From contig NC_043015.1 of assembly GCF_006345805.1 (NCBI RefSeq), positions 10,106,001-10,170,000 on the forward strand: a DNA stretch of 64,000 nt, read 5' to 3'. Numbering within the stretch: the first letter of the stretch is position 1; each line of letters begins with the position of its first letter. Of this stretch, positions 25,451 to 39,026 are shown one piece after another. The notes beneath the pieces are model-generated. The model was not told the origin of the DNA. It ran no database searches and saw only the letters and a program-made list of their open reading frames with translations. The translations under genes and the position numbers were made by a program. The DNA is from Octopus sinensis (Eukaryota).

Positions 25451-28400
25451 TAATTTAATTTGTCCTTAGTCGAAAGACACATGTTGTTATGTCCTGTTAC
25501 TATATTTATTGTATTTGTGTAACGTCTGTTTCTTCCATCCTTGTTTTCTTTGTATCGTCTATCAGGATGTTTTGTTGTCCCATTTTGTATATATATATAT
25601 ATGTATGTATGTGTGTGTGTGTGTATTTATGTATGTATGTATGTATATAATGACAGTCAAAAGAGCCCCATGAGTTTAAATTATCTTACGCCAATGTGAA
25701 AATCATTATATAACTTCTATTTTCTTTCAAACTGAGGGGAAGATTGAGTTGAGAATTTTTTAAGTATTTGACATTTGACCTTAGATTTCTATTCACACTA
25801 CTGACATGTCTGGAAAAATCACTCAAGTCTATAAATATCTTTTTTTCTCTTTTACCATAAATTCTCTAGACCTGGAAATAATTTTCATTTCCATTTTGCA
25901 TTTCGTTTTTGACAAAGGAAACATAATACAGGTTAAATTTTGAAACTGCTTATTAAAATTCTAACTGCCGCGTCGCTTGAAGCTGTGGCAAGTATGATAT
26001 GTTCAGGTCTGATAATTAATATTTAAATGCTAATAATTTCGTCAGTTAATTAATATTTCGAAATTTTATAAATAATCGGAACGCGAATACATTTTGAAGA
26101 CCACTCACCTTGCATACGTCCTTGGAAATTTTCTTGAGTCTACTGCATCATCATATTTTAATAATATTATAAACTTGTATAAAATTAAATAAAACGCTCA
26201 CCTGATAATTTTTTTTAAAATATTTTTGGTGTTTATTTTAAATCTGAACCATTTATTTATTTAATTATAGTTTATGGATATTAAATTAAAAAATGTTATC
26301 AAATTAATTGTTTAGAAGATATCTTTATCGTCATTGTTTACTTTTAATTTATCTGACTTTCATGTTCAAGTTGAAATGTGTAGTCATGTGAAAGTGATGT
26401 TTACCCAGTTAATCAGCTATCTCTTGCTCTCTCACTGCCTGTGCAACATTCTCTCTCAGTTTCCTGCTTCGTCTCTTGTCAATGTTAATTGAAAAGTTGA
26501 ATAACGTTGCAATATAACTTTAATTATATATTTCCCAGCTACAGTTGATACAAATCTTTGAACGAATTATATTCTTTTTATCTTGAAGCTTCAGTTAATA
26601 ATCGTTTGCGTCACACGTTATTTTTGAGATATATAAAAGCTAAGACAAAATTAAATAAATAAACTTAGGCAAATCAAATCTGTGATACGCTTACACTGAT
26701 TATCTGGAATTTTAAAAGCATTTACAGACTGAAAGAAAAATCAGAAAACTTCATCATGATAACATATTAAGCAATGGAAATTTCTTTCCATTGATATGTT
26801 TGCTGGCGAGAAATATATTCGTTTTACTAACAGTGAGAACAAATAGATTTTATGATACTGACATAGATTTTCAAAAATTTAAACAGCATTCCCGCAATGC
26901 ATAACTGATATTTACTTGCTTGATTATATGATGATCAAAAGAGCAGTCATATTCGAATCAAGAGTTTAGGCTGTTACAGACACATACTTCCACATATGTT
27001 GTTGCTTCTACAGAGTCTCTACAACAATGTACTTCACAACCTCGAACACATCAGTCTTGTCTACAACATTGCTAAGATGTTGCGATACAGAATGACATTT
27101 ATAATAAAAACGTTATATTTATTGTGTAAATAATGACATTCTCGATTTATTATCTTACAGGCCCTCCCATTTTACGACTCTTGGCCATGGTATTTAAACA
27201 CTTAGTTAGCGATAAAGATTTATTTTATTCAATGCATATAATTTCTATATCTCAAGTATTTTTAGGGTTACTGTAGTCGTGAGAAAAAACACTCATATAA
27301 TTATACGAACATCGTATAATTGCGGTTCATCTTTTATTTTTGCGCATATGTAAGAAAGTATGTATAATAATACAAAGTTCATCAAGGAATTTAATAAATG
27401 TTATACAACAATTAGTATTGTTTCCCATCGTTCAATTAATCCATTCACTTACAATCTGTTATATTGAAACTTTCCGCTGTTGCAAGATACGCATACGAAT
27501 ATACATAAGCATATAGACATAAGTACATATAGATGTGTGTGTTGTGTTTGCATGTATAAATATGTATCAATCGTGTTACTGTTTCTTTCTTTCTCTTCCC
27601 CCCTCTCTCTCTCTCTCTAACTCTCTCAAATTTATCACTACCTATATGTACAAATGATCCATATATTTAACTACGCATATATGTTTTAAAATCTAAAACC
27701 CTAAGTTATATATATATATATGTTATATGTTATATATATATGTATGTATATATATATGTATAAAGTGAAACTCGGTGTGGCAAGAGAAATACTCAACCAA
27801 CATAGTATGTATGTGTCAGAGTGGGTTTGTATGTCTGTATGTATGTGTGTGGTTTTCTATGGAATCGTTTAGCTTAATTAGTAGGGTTTTAATGTGCTGC
27901 ATTCATGATTGCGAAATCGATGTTCAAATACCCAGACTGGTCTTGTGCTGTGTTCTTGAGCGAATCGCTTCATATTGTATTACTACAGTCAGCTCAGTTG
28001 TAAAGTATTAGACATACGACTGACTGACAGTTTGTTTACGGAAAATGACGTCCTGCCCTTCTACTAGGTGATGCTAAGACAGTGTGATAGACTTTATGAG
28101 TAGCAGAACATCACATCCGATATTCTGCTCCCTGTCATTTTATGTCAAATTTTGCACTATATCGGGAAAAAATATCTTCATGCTCTTTTGTTATTTCACC
28201 AAGCATTGCACGTCCTTATTTAAGTTTACATTCCAATAAACAGGCAGTAAGTAGCACGGTCATCGGCATGGAAATAGTATTGTAATGCTTTCAGGTTCAT
28301 TAAACGGATGCAATTCATACTATATATTGAAAGAATTTCATCGACCATTGGATCGTTATAAGAAATACATATGCTAACACAATTTTATGTATCGCAATTC

Positions 28401-28723
28401 AATCAATATCCTTCCCCCACCCCAGAAGAGATCACCATGATAAAGATTTCTAAACTTCAGACAACAGCAGTAGTCTTGTGGGAAAATGCGTCATTGCATC
28501 CACAATTTCTTCCTAATACCCTACTACCTTTCCACCACTCAGGCTACAAACCCCCATCCCATTGGTTAGTTTGGGTAGTCGTTGCGGGTGAATGATTTAC
28601 GAGATCAAAATACAAATATTACTTTAACGTTTTAGTCGCTTTCTACGACACACTTCGGAAACATTCGGAATATTCTATGGCATGCCATCCTCCATGCAGG
28701 ACTAGAGCAATGTAAAATTCAGT

Positions 28724-28802
28724 GTCCCTGTCCGGGATTCGAACTCACGACCAAGCGAGTTATGTCGTGAAATCAACGACATAACCACTAGTTTTCACGC
28801 CC
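28724..28802 (-). pseudogene. tRNA-Glu-like pseudogene or SINE head
   Basis: Reverse complement CTAGTGGTTATGTCGTTGATTTCACGACATAAC...GTGAGTTCGAATCCCGGACAGGGAC resembles the tRNA-Glu D arm, TTTCAC loop and T arm, but the anticodon arm is rearranged. Confidence 0.55.
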
Positions 28803-28849
28803 AATGTATTACACGTTGTATGCAGTTGCGATAGAATCATATTTATTTG

Positions 28850-29420
28850 AGAATCATGGGTACATGACTATGAAAACCTCCGATACGAATGCGTGGAAAC
28901 TGAAATTTCGTTTGACTTGCTTATAGTTACAATTATCAAAGTTGTCTTCCACTAAACATTTTTCACAAAATATTATATGATTTTCGACATATATATCATC
29001 AGCCATTGTTTCTATATATTGGGCTGACGTAAATTTTGATAGAGTGAGACATAAAATTATTTGCAATATATTTAAAAACAGTAGGCCAATCTGACAATGA
29101 AGTTAAAGAAAAGTTTTAGCTCTCTAAAGTATAGAAGGTGACAGAAGAAAATTTTTTTATATAAATATAATGCAATTGGCATCAGAGACAATTGTTATTT
29201 TCAAAATAATCCGAAGCATTGATAAGAAGTTACAATTTTAGCAGTAGTAATGCTGAAATTTGTAGTATCTGAGAAATTATTTTCCCTCATGCGACTGAAA
29301 ACGATACAGTGGAAACTCAGTTATATTGATGTTCAACAATTTATACAGCAAAACAAATGTTCGTGTCTGAATAAACTTTAAAGCATTAGCTCAGAAGCCA
29401 CTTGTAAAATATGAATCTTG
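28850..29420 (+). mobile_element. Possible hAT transposase C-terminal remnant
   Basis: Degenerate QSDNEVKEKF and SEKLFSLMRLK resemble the hAT dimerisation-domain pattern Q.D..LKEKF...CE..FS.M. Heavily decayed. Confidence 0.35.
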
Positions 29421-29854
29421 TGTTCTAATCTAAATTCTGTTCTGTATAATATGGAATACACAGTGTACATTTGACCTGTTTACGGTTTGAAATGTTACAC
29501 AAACACATACACACACATTAAGTCGGATATACACATACACACGATGTATACACAAATGATTGAAAGGATATGTATGTGTCTCTGTCGAAATAATAATAAT
29601 GATACACTCTTAACCGAATTTGTGCAAACGACTTAATCAATAAACTGACCTATAGCTATTCGTATGTCCTTCGCGTCTCACTGTGGATAAAGATATAAAG
29701 AATGAATGAAGAGATTCGACATTTGGATCTGTTTGCAACATTCTCCGCTGGGTAAGCGATACAGATCCTCTACGTCGACAATTACTCAACTAGTGGTTTT
29801 TTATACACATAATTTTCGAAGAATCAGCTACCGGGTGGCCCCTAAGGTTAATAA

Positions 29855-29995
29855 TAGTGGCGTAGGCTTCGACCTGGCACAATCGTTAACATCCCAGACA
29901 AAATGCTTAGCGGTATTTCTTTTGGCTTCACATTCTTACCTTTCATCCTTTCGAGAATGTTAAAAATAATTTCTATTCATGTAGTGGGGTCGAAA
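29855..29995 (+). mobile_element. SINE family A, decayed fragment
   Basis: GACCTGGCACAATCGTTAACATCCCAGACAAAATGCTTAGCGGTATTTC...CTTTCATCCTTTCGAG. Confidence 0.65.
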
Positions 29996-32570
29996 AATAT
30001 TCCATGTGTTCTGCTTAAATGAGTGAAAGACGATTCGATTTAATGGTGGCAGCTAAGTAAATAAAGCATAACGTTGCCCTATAATTATATGAGACATAGG
30101 ATGAACAGATTGTTGTAATACGCTGATGACAATGCGTGATGGTGTCTGCTTAAGCATGTGAAAAAAACACATTAAGACATGTAAAAGCAAGCCTAGTAGT
30201 GTGTGTCTGTGTAAGTGCATGTGCTTGTCTGTTTACGTTTGTATGTATATATAAATATGTGTATGCATACACACACACGCAAACACACACACACACACGC
30301 ACACAAACACACACACACACACACACACACGACAGAGACAGAAATCATCCGCACTTTTTTTACATATACTTACCAGAGTAGTCTTTTAGTGAATCTCCTG
30401 TATGTATGAGATCTATCAATGAATATACAGAAAATAAACACACGCAAACCAGGTTTCTGTTCATCTCTGACATACGGAAATAATAATAAATTTGAACATA
30501 CAATTTCAATTCCTTGTACCAATATATATATATAATATATGAATTATGACGCAAAAACTAATATTGCGCCATATGGTTGAATAGAGGGTTTCCTAGTAAG
30601 TCATAAAGAAACCACCAACTTCACACAACTCAAAATATGTGTGTTATTTATTGCACTAATGGAAAAACGGGAATAGTTACCAGCTAATAAATAAGGAGTT
30701 ACAAGCCATATTCTTATAAGCCATATTCCGATTTTCAGCACGAAAGCATGGTTGAAATTGATCACAAACCATACCGTTCCTGTTGTTTTTATTATAATTT
30801 TTTATATTTTGTGCTTTCTGTAGAATTTGAGACCTAAAGAAAGAGTGAATGTTTTATAAAAAAATCTGCATACAGTTAAGAGAATTGATACGATACAATA
30901 CGTTGGGAAATTGTAGTTTTTATTCCCTGAGGAATAGACAGAAACTGAAAAAAGATCTGATGCTACAATTAACTTATATTGTAATGTCTCAAAATTATAG
31001 TTTTTTTTTTAATATTCACCACATTGGTGTTTGCTTGTTTGTTTATTTTCTTCTAGAAACACTTCAGCTTTTTTTCTGAATTAAGCAATATACATGCATC
31101 TAGGTTTTTGTTAGTAATCTCATCTCTGTTTCTTTAAATATGCTTTGCTGAGAGAACTATATCGGAAGTACTTGTTATGCATGGTGTAATATTATTCGTA
31201 CCCTATCACAGCACCACCATCTCTGTTAAGGCCTTCAATACTGGATACCATCAAACAGGTTATGCTTTTAATACTTATTCTAATTTGAGTAAAACGCTAG
31301 TAATATTGAAATGAATGGGTTATTCGTTTCAACTGGACTCTAGCTTAACATATTTTCTCCGAGTCACTTACAAATGTGAGAGCATTTTCATTTTAGCTGA
31401 TACCCTCTCTCTCAGCCTCCCTCTTTCTGTCTGTCTGTCTCCTTTTCTTTCTCTCTCCTTCTCAGAGATAGCAACAAAAGTACTAATCTCACAAAACTAT
31501 ATTTCAGTTTGCTAAAGCGTTGTCAAAAATCATAAATTGCATGATATACATCATTTAAAACAGTGAATTCGTGATAAAATTCCTTTCAATCCAGACAGTG
31601 ATAATCATTGAATCGCTTGGGAGAGAGACAGTGAGAAAGATTAAAAATTCACACTATGGCATTGCAACAAGTTAGCAGAAAACCCAACCAAAGATGTACT
31701 ATGTTGGCCACACAATGGTTTACAAATACAAGAATGCGTTGAAACTGTAAGATATGAACCAAATTCAGAACACTAAACAACCATTGCTGCCCCATGATAT
31801 AAGTCTTGCGATCACCCTTGGTCAAAGTTTGCTGTTGATTTATTTTCCGCTAATGGTAATGGTAATTAGTGATGACTGTAACACTAGACTTACTGAAATA
31901 ATGCAATTAAGCGATAAAACAAGTTCCACATTAATAACCACGCTGAAATTAATATTTGCCTGACATGGATTACTAGATATTCGGATTTTAGATAATTCTT
32001 CTTAATTATCTTCCGGAGAATTAATATATATTCTTCATTATGTGGAACTTTCGCATTTTATCACATTGATTCTACCATTCTCCTAATCGAATTTATAAGC
32101 TTAGATTGCAGAGTAAAACAGACGATCATCGATAAAAATTATGGTAGACACGAAAACAAATCCCGTATCTGTCATTGAGAAGCTTATGAAATACTCGAAT
32201 ACGCAAAAGTAGATCAACCATGCAGCACCTTAGTCATCATTTAAGGAGAACCCTGTCTGTTCCATGTCAGCTACTCTACCCTTTGTGCAGAATATCTATC
32301 GGGCTGACAGTAGAAAATATTATATCTGTCTATGAACTCGATGTATATGAGAGGCCGACTTCATACGCGAGACCTCTAGAAGCAAGTAAGAATATGAGAC
32401 GAATTAGACATAGAGACATTAATGGAATTTCATACAGGCTATATTAAGAATACTGGTGTATTCTACCTCTGCGTATGGTCATATGTGAAATAATACATTG
32501 AGTTGCATCTTAAGATAGGCAACGTAATGTTATTTCCTTTCAGTTGTAACACTACATGTGAGGATAATGG

Positions 32571-32607
<37 letters not shown>

Positions 32608-33538
32608 GTCGATTCCGCGAACGATGACGAAGGGGAAGAAAATGATGATCATGATGACGATGACAACGTCGACGATAACGACTTGGCTTCGCGAGTGAAG
32701 ATTTATGGAGGCGGTTTTTCACGTTTATTGCATGTTCTGCGAGCCATGATTTGGAAAAAAAAAACAAAAAAAAAAAAACACGGAGCCTGAATGGGCGATT
32801 AGGTGATCGGAGTAAATCATAATGTCGTGATGTTGTCCTTTTCTCTCTTCTCTGCAAATAGTCAACCAATATTTTTACAAGGGACTCACTGCGAGTTAGT
32901 TCAGCAAGAGTCCCTCACGCATATACAGCATGCAAAGTCTGACCTTATTATATTTAGTCGTGCATGCCATATAACACGGCATAGCAGATATGTAATTGCT
33001 GTAGAATATTTATGTGCAGTTTCACTCAAGCTGCGCTTTCAATGTGGGGGCGCATTTCAACCGGAATACAACTTACTCTATTCAATTTCTTAACGCATTC
33101 TACTCTACAAAGAATTATTCCGGTAACTGGCAAATCTCAAATGACTTAGCGGGGAAATGTTGGGTCAGTGATCTCACATCTCCTTTGCAATAAAAAAAAA
33201 GAAATCATCTTGAAAGAAAACAGTATTATGCATTTGAGTGTGAAATTTGAATTTCATCGAATCAACTAAATTATATAATTTTTATGCATTATTCAATTTT
33301 CTGTCCGTTTTCGTTCCAACTAGGAATTCCGTACAGTATATAGTTGTAATTTAGATTTCATTGAATTTTATCCGCATGCTATATATGCAAATATATGTCT
33401 GTATAAACCAATCTGTCTGTCAGTTTGTATCTCACTTCACACATGTATTATTGAATATATGTATGTGTGTGTTTGTATGTGTGTGTGTCGTGTGTATAGG
33501 TGTGCGTACGTGTGAGTGTGTACGTTTGCGTTTGTCTC

Positions 33539-33617
<79 letters not shown>
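33539..33617. repeat. (TTA)n tract at the 3' junction of the R4/Dong-like element
   Basis: Perfect repeat abutting the element's 3' UTR. Confidence 0.95.
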
Positions 33618-33620
<3 letters not shown>

Positions 33621-36066
33621 TAGTTTTATTTTTATAGCGTGCTTTCACTTCACTACCGAGCGCAGCTCTGTGTGCCTTGGGTATGTGCTGTGATTTGTTG
33701 TGATGTCTGATGGTTATTGTATGGAAAGTGTTCTGCGTAGGATGTGTGCAGTGCCTAGTAGTGCAATTTTCTGTATGTTATATGTGTTTGTAAGTCCTGG
33801 TGTTTTTGTTATGTATTTGTCTGAATATTTTTTTATCATGCCTAATGCACCTACTATGATAGGAATTGTTTCTGTTTTCAGGTTCCACATTCTAGTTACC
33901 TCTATTTCCAGGTCTTTGTATTTTGAGAGTTTCTCCATTTCTTTTAGAGACACGTTGTCATCTGCCGGTATTGATACATCAATTAGAAAGCATTTTTTTT
34001 CTTCATGATCTCTGACAACTATATCTGGTCTGTTGGCCTTAATTTCTCTATCTGTGTGTAACGGCATATCCCAGAGTATGGTTGCTTTCTCGTTTTCTGT
34101 GACCTTTTCTGGTGTGTGCCGATACCATCTTTTTTCTGTTGTTATTCTATAATGTTGGCATAGCTTCCAATGTATGTAGGTTCCAACTCTGTCATGTCTG
34201 TGAATATATTCCTTCTTAGCCAGGACTGGGCAGCTAGAGATAATATGATTTATTGTTTCTTGTCCATCTCCACATATTCTGCAGTTACCTGTAATATTTC
34301 TTTTCATTACATGTTTTTGGTAATTTCTGGTGGGGAGGCTTTGGTCTTGTGCTGCAATTAAAAATCCCTCTGTTTCTACTTTGAGTCCTGAGCTTCTCAA
34401 CCATTGCTGGGATTTTCTTTGTCTATTTCTTTTGCGTTTAGTTTAGTCCAGTATTTACCATGAAGGGGCTTTTCTTGCCATCGTTTTATCATGGCTCATT
34501 GCTGTTCTATTTTTAGTTTGGATTTCATTTTGTTTTATAGCTTTTGTTGTTTCTTCATCATCTTCTTCTTCTTCTTTGTGTTTATTAGGTGGTATGATTT
34601 CTTGTTTGTATTTGTCAGCTTCCTTAAATACTGAGAACAGTTTTTTGTTTTGCTCGTGTTTTGCTGCTATCTGGATCAGTTTTCCTTCCTTCTGAAGTAG
34701 GTATTTTTGCAGTCCTATGGTGGTTATTTTATAGTAGTTTTCCAGCTGTATAAGGCCCCTACCACCTTTCATACGTTGTATATATAGTCTTTCTATGTCA
34801 GATTTTGGGTGATGCATCCTAGATCCTGTCAGTATTTTTCTTGTTTTCCTATCTATTTTGGACAGTTCATTTCGTGTCCAGTTAAGGATATTGTAGCTGT
34901 AACTTATAACTGGGACAGCTGAAGTGTTGATACCTATTATCTTGTTTTTAGCATTGAGCTCTGTTTTTAGTATTGATCTAACTCGTCTATAATATTCTTT
35001 TTTTATTTTCTCTTTCATTTGTGTGTGTTGTGTCTTATCTAGTTCATGGATTCCTAAGTATTTGTAAGTTTGGCTTTGGTCTAATTATTTTATTTCATTG
35101 GTTTTATCTAGTGTGATGTTGTTACTCTTAACTAGTTTTCCTCTTTTCATGGTTATTTTGGCGCATTTTTCTAATCCAATTTCATATCTATTTCTTTGGT
35201 AAATCCATGAACTGTCTTTAATAGTGTTTCCAGCTGTTTGTCATTTGCAGCGTATAGTTTTAGGTCATCCATATATAAAAGGTGGCTGATCGTTTTGCCG
35301 TAACATTTATATCCGCATCCAGTTCTAGTTAGCATATCAGATAGAGGTGACAGTGCCAAGCAGAAAAGGAGTGGAGAGAGCGTGTCTCCCTGGAATATTC
35401 CTCTTCTAATGGGGATGTCTTTGGTTTTCATGAGTCCCTCTTTTGTTTGGAGGTGTAGGACTGTTTGCCATTTATTCATAGAGTGCTCTATGAATTTTAT
35501 GATTGTTGGTGCTACTTTGTTAATGGCTAGTGTTTCGAGGATCCATGTGTGGGGGATGCTATCAAACGCCTTTTGTAGTCAATCCAGGCCATACTGAGGC
35601 ATTTCTTCTTTCTGTGGCTGTCTTCAGTTATGGCTTTATTAATCATTAGTTGATCTTTACAGCCATATGAGCCTTGCGGCATCCTTTCTGCTATTCTGGG
35701 AACAGTTTGTTTTTGTCCAGGTGCTTGTTCAGCCTTTGCGATATCACTGCAGTAAATGCCTTGAACATAGTAGGGAGGCAGGTTATTGGTCTGTAGTTTT
35801 CTGGTTTTGTTGTTTCATTTGATTTGGAATTAAGATAGTTTTCGCCTTCGTGAGCCATTCAGGCATTGTCTCTGGCTTGCTAGTATGCTGTTAAAGTTTT
35901 CAGCCAGCGTTTGTGCATTCCTGTTAGATATTTCAACCAGAAGTTGGGGATCTTGTCATGCCCAGGTGCCTTCCAGTTGCTTAGTTTTTGCAGTGCCTGG
36001 GTGACCTCTTCAGTTGTTATGGGGGTCCAAAGTTGTTCAGATGCCGAGTTTGTTATTTTCATACTC

Positions 36067-36070
<4 letters not shown>
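33618..36070 (-). mobile_element. 5'-truncated R4/Dong-clade non-LTR retrotransposon (RT plus restriction-like endonuclease)
   Basis: RT motifs KAPGHDKIPNFW, GIFQGDTLSPLLF and LLYMDDLKLYA. Zn knuckle CRICGDGQETINHIISSC and RLE motif RPDIV...LIDVSIP...EKLSKY. Several frameshifts are present. Confidence 0.9.
33714..34400 (-). CDS. Open C-terminal segment (CCHC plus RLE domain) of the R4/Dong-like ORF
   Basis: 228-aa open frame with intact C-x2-C-x8-H-x4-C and PD..D..K motifs, ending LLGTAHILRRTL. It is a fragment of a disrupted element ORF. Confidence 0.8.
   Translation of the reverse strand: MRSSGLKVETEGFLIAAQDQSLPTRNYQKHVMKRNITGNCRICGDGQETINHIISSCPVLAKKEYIHRHDRVGTYIHWKLCQHYRITTEKRWYRHTPEKVTENEKATILWDMPLHTDREIKANRPDIVVRDHEEKKCFLIDVSIPADDNVSLKEMEKLSKYKDLEIEVTRMWNLKTETIPIIVGALGMIKKYSDKYITKTPGLTNTYNIQKIALLGTAHILRRTLSIQ

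Positions 36071-36118
<48 letters not shown>
36071..36118. repeat. (TTA)n tract at the 5' junction of the R4/Dong-like element
   Basis: Perfect repeat abutting the truncation point. Confidence 0.95.
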
Positions 36119-36121
<3 letters not shown>

Positions 36122-36629
36122 TTTACTTTTGTTGTTGTTGTTATTCAAAACACATCGATTCGGCTCCATGCTACTTATAAATTGGCTAGTCTTTAACAGA
36201 ATCTCGTCTTTTCAGACTTAGTAGTCTAGATCTGAAATAGACGGGTTTCCGTTAGAAGCCCGCGAGACATTAAATGGCATGGAACCGAAAGTATCTGTTT
36301 TAAAGAATAATGAATAAAACTAAATGTTTTTAGTGCCTATTCTTTAATTTTTGTACTCATTTATAAGCGCGCGCGTTGGTGTGTGTGCGTGTGTGTGTAT
36401 GTGTGTGTGAGTATGTATATTTGTGCATATTTTTGTGTGTGTGTCCGTTTATGTATATATCCTATCATGTCGTTTTCTGCTTCTATCCGAATACTTATTT
36501 ATTCATTTCTGGTTCCTCATTTTTGGTAGAAATTGATATTAGTCAATTAAAACCAGTGGTCTAGCATATTAAAAAGAATCCAAAGATTAAAATATCTATA
36601 TATACTTTTCGTGTTCAGTCCTTAATTGG

Positions 36630-36671
<42 letters not shown>

Positions 36672-37188
36672 GAGAGAGAGGGGGAGAGTGAGAGGGAGAG
36701 AGATAGAGTGAGAGAGATATATATACACATATCTATACATATTTGCATATATATACACATATGTATGCGCACACACACATACATACGCACACAGATATGT
36801 ACAGGGAGAGAGGGAGAAAGTCAGAGTGTGAGATTCTCGATATAGAAAACAGTTAGTGGCACTCAGGTGTTTCGAAATTAGACTCCGATGTTCTTACGAG
36901 GGACCAAGTCCACGGGGTAAAGACTGGCTATAAGGAGAATCCAGGTCAGCAGATATAGAGCAAATCATGCATATATCCCTTTTATTTTCTCTATATTTTG
37001 TACCCTACGTAGGCTTGAACTATTGTTATATAAATATCTATATATTTATACTTACATATTCATCGTCTGGAAAGCGTCATTCATTACATTCTTTCCGTTT
37101 TCATATGTATGTATATGTATGTATATATGCATGTATGTGTGTATGTATGTATGTACGTATGCATGTGTGTATGTATGTATGTATGTGA

Positions 37189-37237
<49 letters not shown>

Positions 37238-37727
37238 ATTATATGCTTCGACACCCTTGTTTTTGCAATTAACAACTCTTTCTATTTGATAATCTGTACC
37301 ACTAATACGTGTGTATGTATTCATCAAATACATTGGAATAAAAAAGACATACTGAAAAGTTAACCATTTGACATCTGTCGAATTTCTATCCTCTCCACTT
37401 TGTTATTTGCCATATAAATCAAGGGCAAACCACTTTTTACCCCACATGTATATAACACTCAATTGCGAGATTGCCACGCAAATAACTAGCACTTGGATAT
37501 GAATAATTGGATACACTTCCAGCAGTATATTGGACAGGTACTATTCCTTAGTTGGTTTCTCAACCTCTAACTCACACCGAATATATATATATATATATAT
37601 ATATTATATAGTCAATAATAATAAAAGGTAATAATAGTAGAAGAAATAGCAACATTTTTGGGCGGCTATTTCTAAAAGCTCTGCATGTGGTAAAGCAAAT
37701 GTTTTTGATGAAGCCTCATTATATAAA

Positions 37728-37762
<35 letters not shown>

Positions 37763-37819
37763 TGTTTATCTGCATAATCATCTCTCTCTGTGAATGTATA
37801 TATATATGGGTGTGTGTGC

Positions 37820-37860
<41 letters not shown>

Positions 37861-38693
37861 CGTATGTGTATGTATATATACGTATATGCGTTTGTATATT
37901 TAATTCATTATTTTGGATAAGAGTATCTTTTAAGAAGCCGTTTGTGATATGATTTAAATCTCTTTACTTATTCCAAGGATACATTTAAAGAAACTTAATC
38001 TGGTTACAGTTTCTTATAGTCGATAAGAGAATTGGAGATCGGAAAACCACACAGCGCCCTGGTTGATTATGTAGGTATATGTATATAAGCTCCATTGTAT
38101 TACATATAAAAGATACCAATAAACTCTTCCACGTCCCCTAGGAAACTGGCAAAGCGCCCAATAAATGGCCATCGATGTTTATTTTATCTTTAACTAATAT
38201 GAAGCTAATTTATTTGAATTGTGTCTCGTGTTCTGGTCAAAAGGTCAAGTCGACATCTGTCTTATCCGTGCCTTCGTAATCAATCATTGGCGCCGTAATT
38301 AGCGAAACAAACCGAAGTAATCGTGACTTATTGAAGACATTCAAGAAAATTATTTTTAATTATAACTCGCTATCTATTTTATCTCTAAAATGTAATTAAT
38401 TTGTATTAAATATTTGTACTAGGTTTTTATTGTTTGTTTTATAATTCTTTCAACTATTCAACCACGTTGCAGACAAGATATCGACTACAACGTAATATAA
38501 TGTTTAGTCAACATACTGTTTTGAACAATTAATATAATTTAAATGTGGCTGCCAGTACGCTTCTACGTATACCTAATTATAATATATCCACAAGCTCACG
38601 CACTTGTATATACACAAAAGCACCCGCGCAAAAAAAGTTTTTTTATTGTATGTATGTATATTTGTATGTGTGTTAATGCACATATATATATAG

Positions 38694-38771
<78 letters not shown>

Positions 38772-38809
38772 CTTTAGAAAATAGATAGATAGATAGATAG
38801 ATGTATTAT

Positions 38810-38973
38810 AGGTGCAGGAGTGGCTGTGTGTTAAGTAGCTTGCTTACCAACCAAATGATCCCGAGTTCGGTCCCACTGGGTGGCACTTTGGGCAAGTGTC
38901 TTCTACTATAGCTTCGGGCACACTAAAGAGTTATGAGTGGATATCGTAGATGGAAACTGAAAGAAGCCCGTCG

Positions 38974-39026
<53 letters not shown>

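Noticed and set aside
30123-30175. CTGATGA...GAAA motif
   Set aside because: Stem II is not closed and there is no stem III, NUH site or stem I partner.
38234-38247. TGGTCA-AA-AGGTCA nuclear-receptor DR2-like site
   Set aside because: A single imperfect match is expected by chance in 64 kb.
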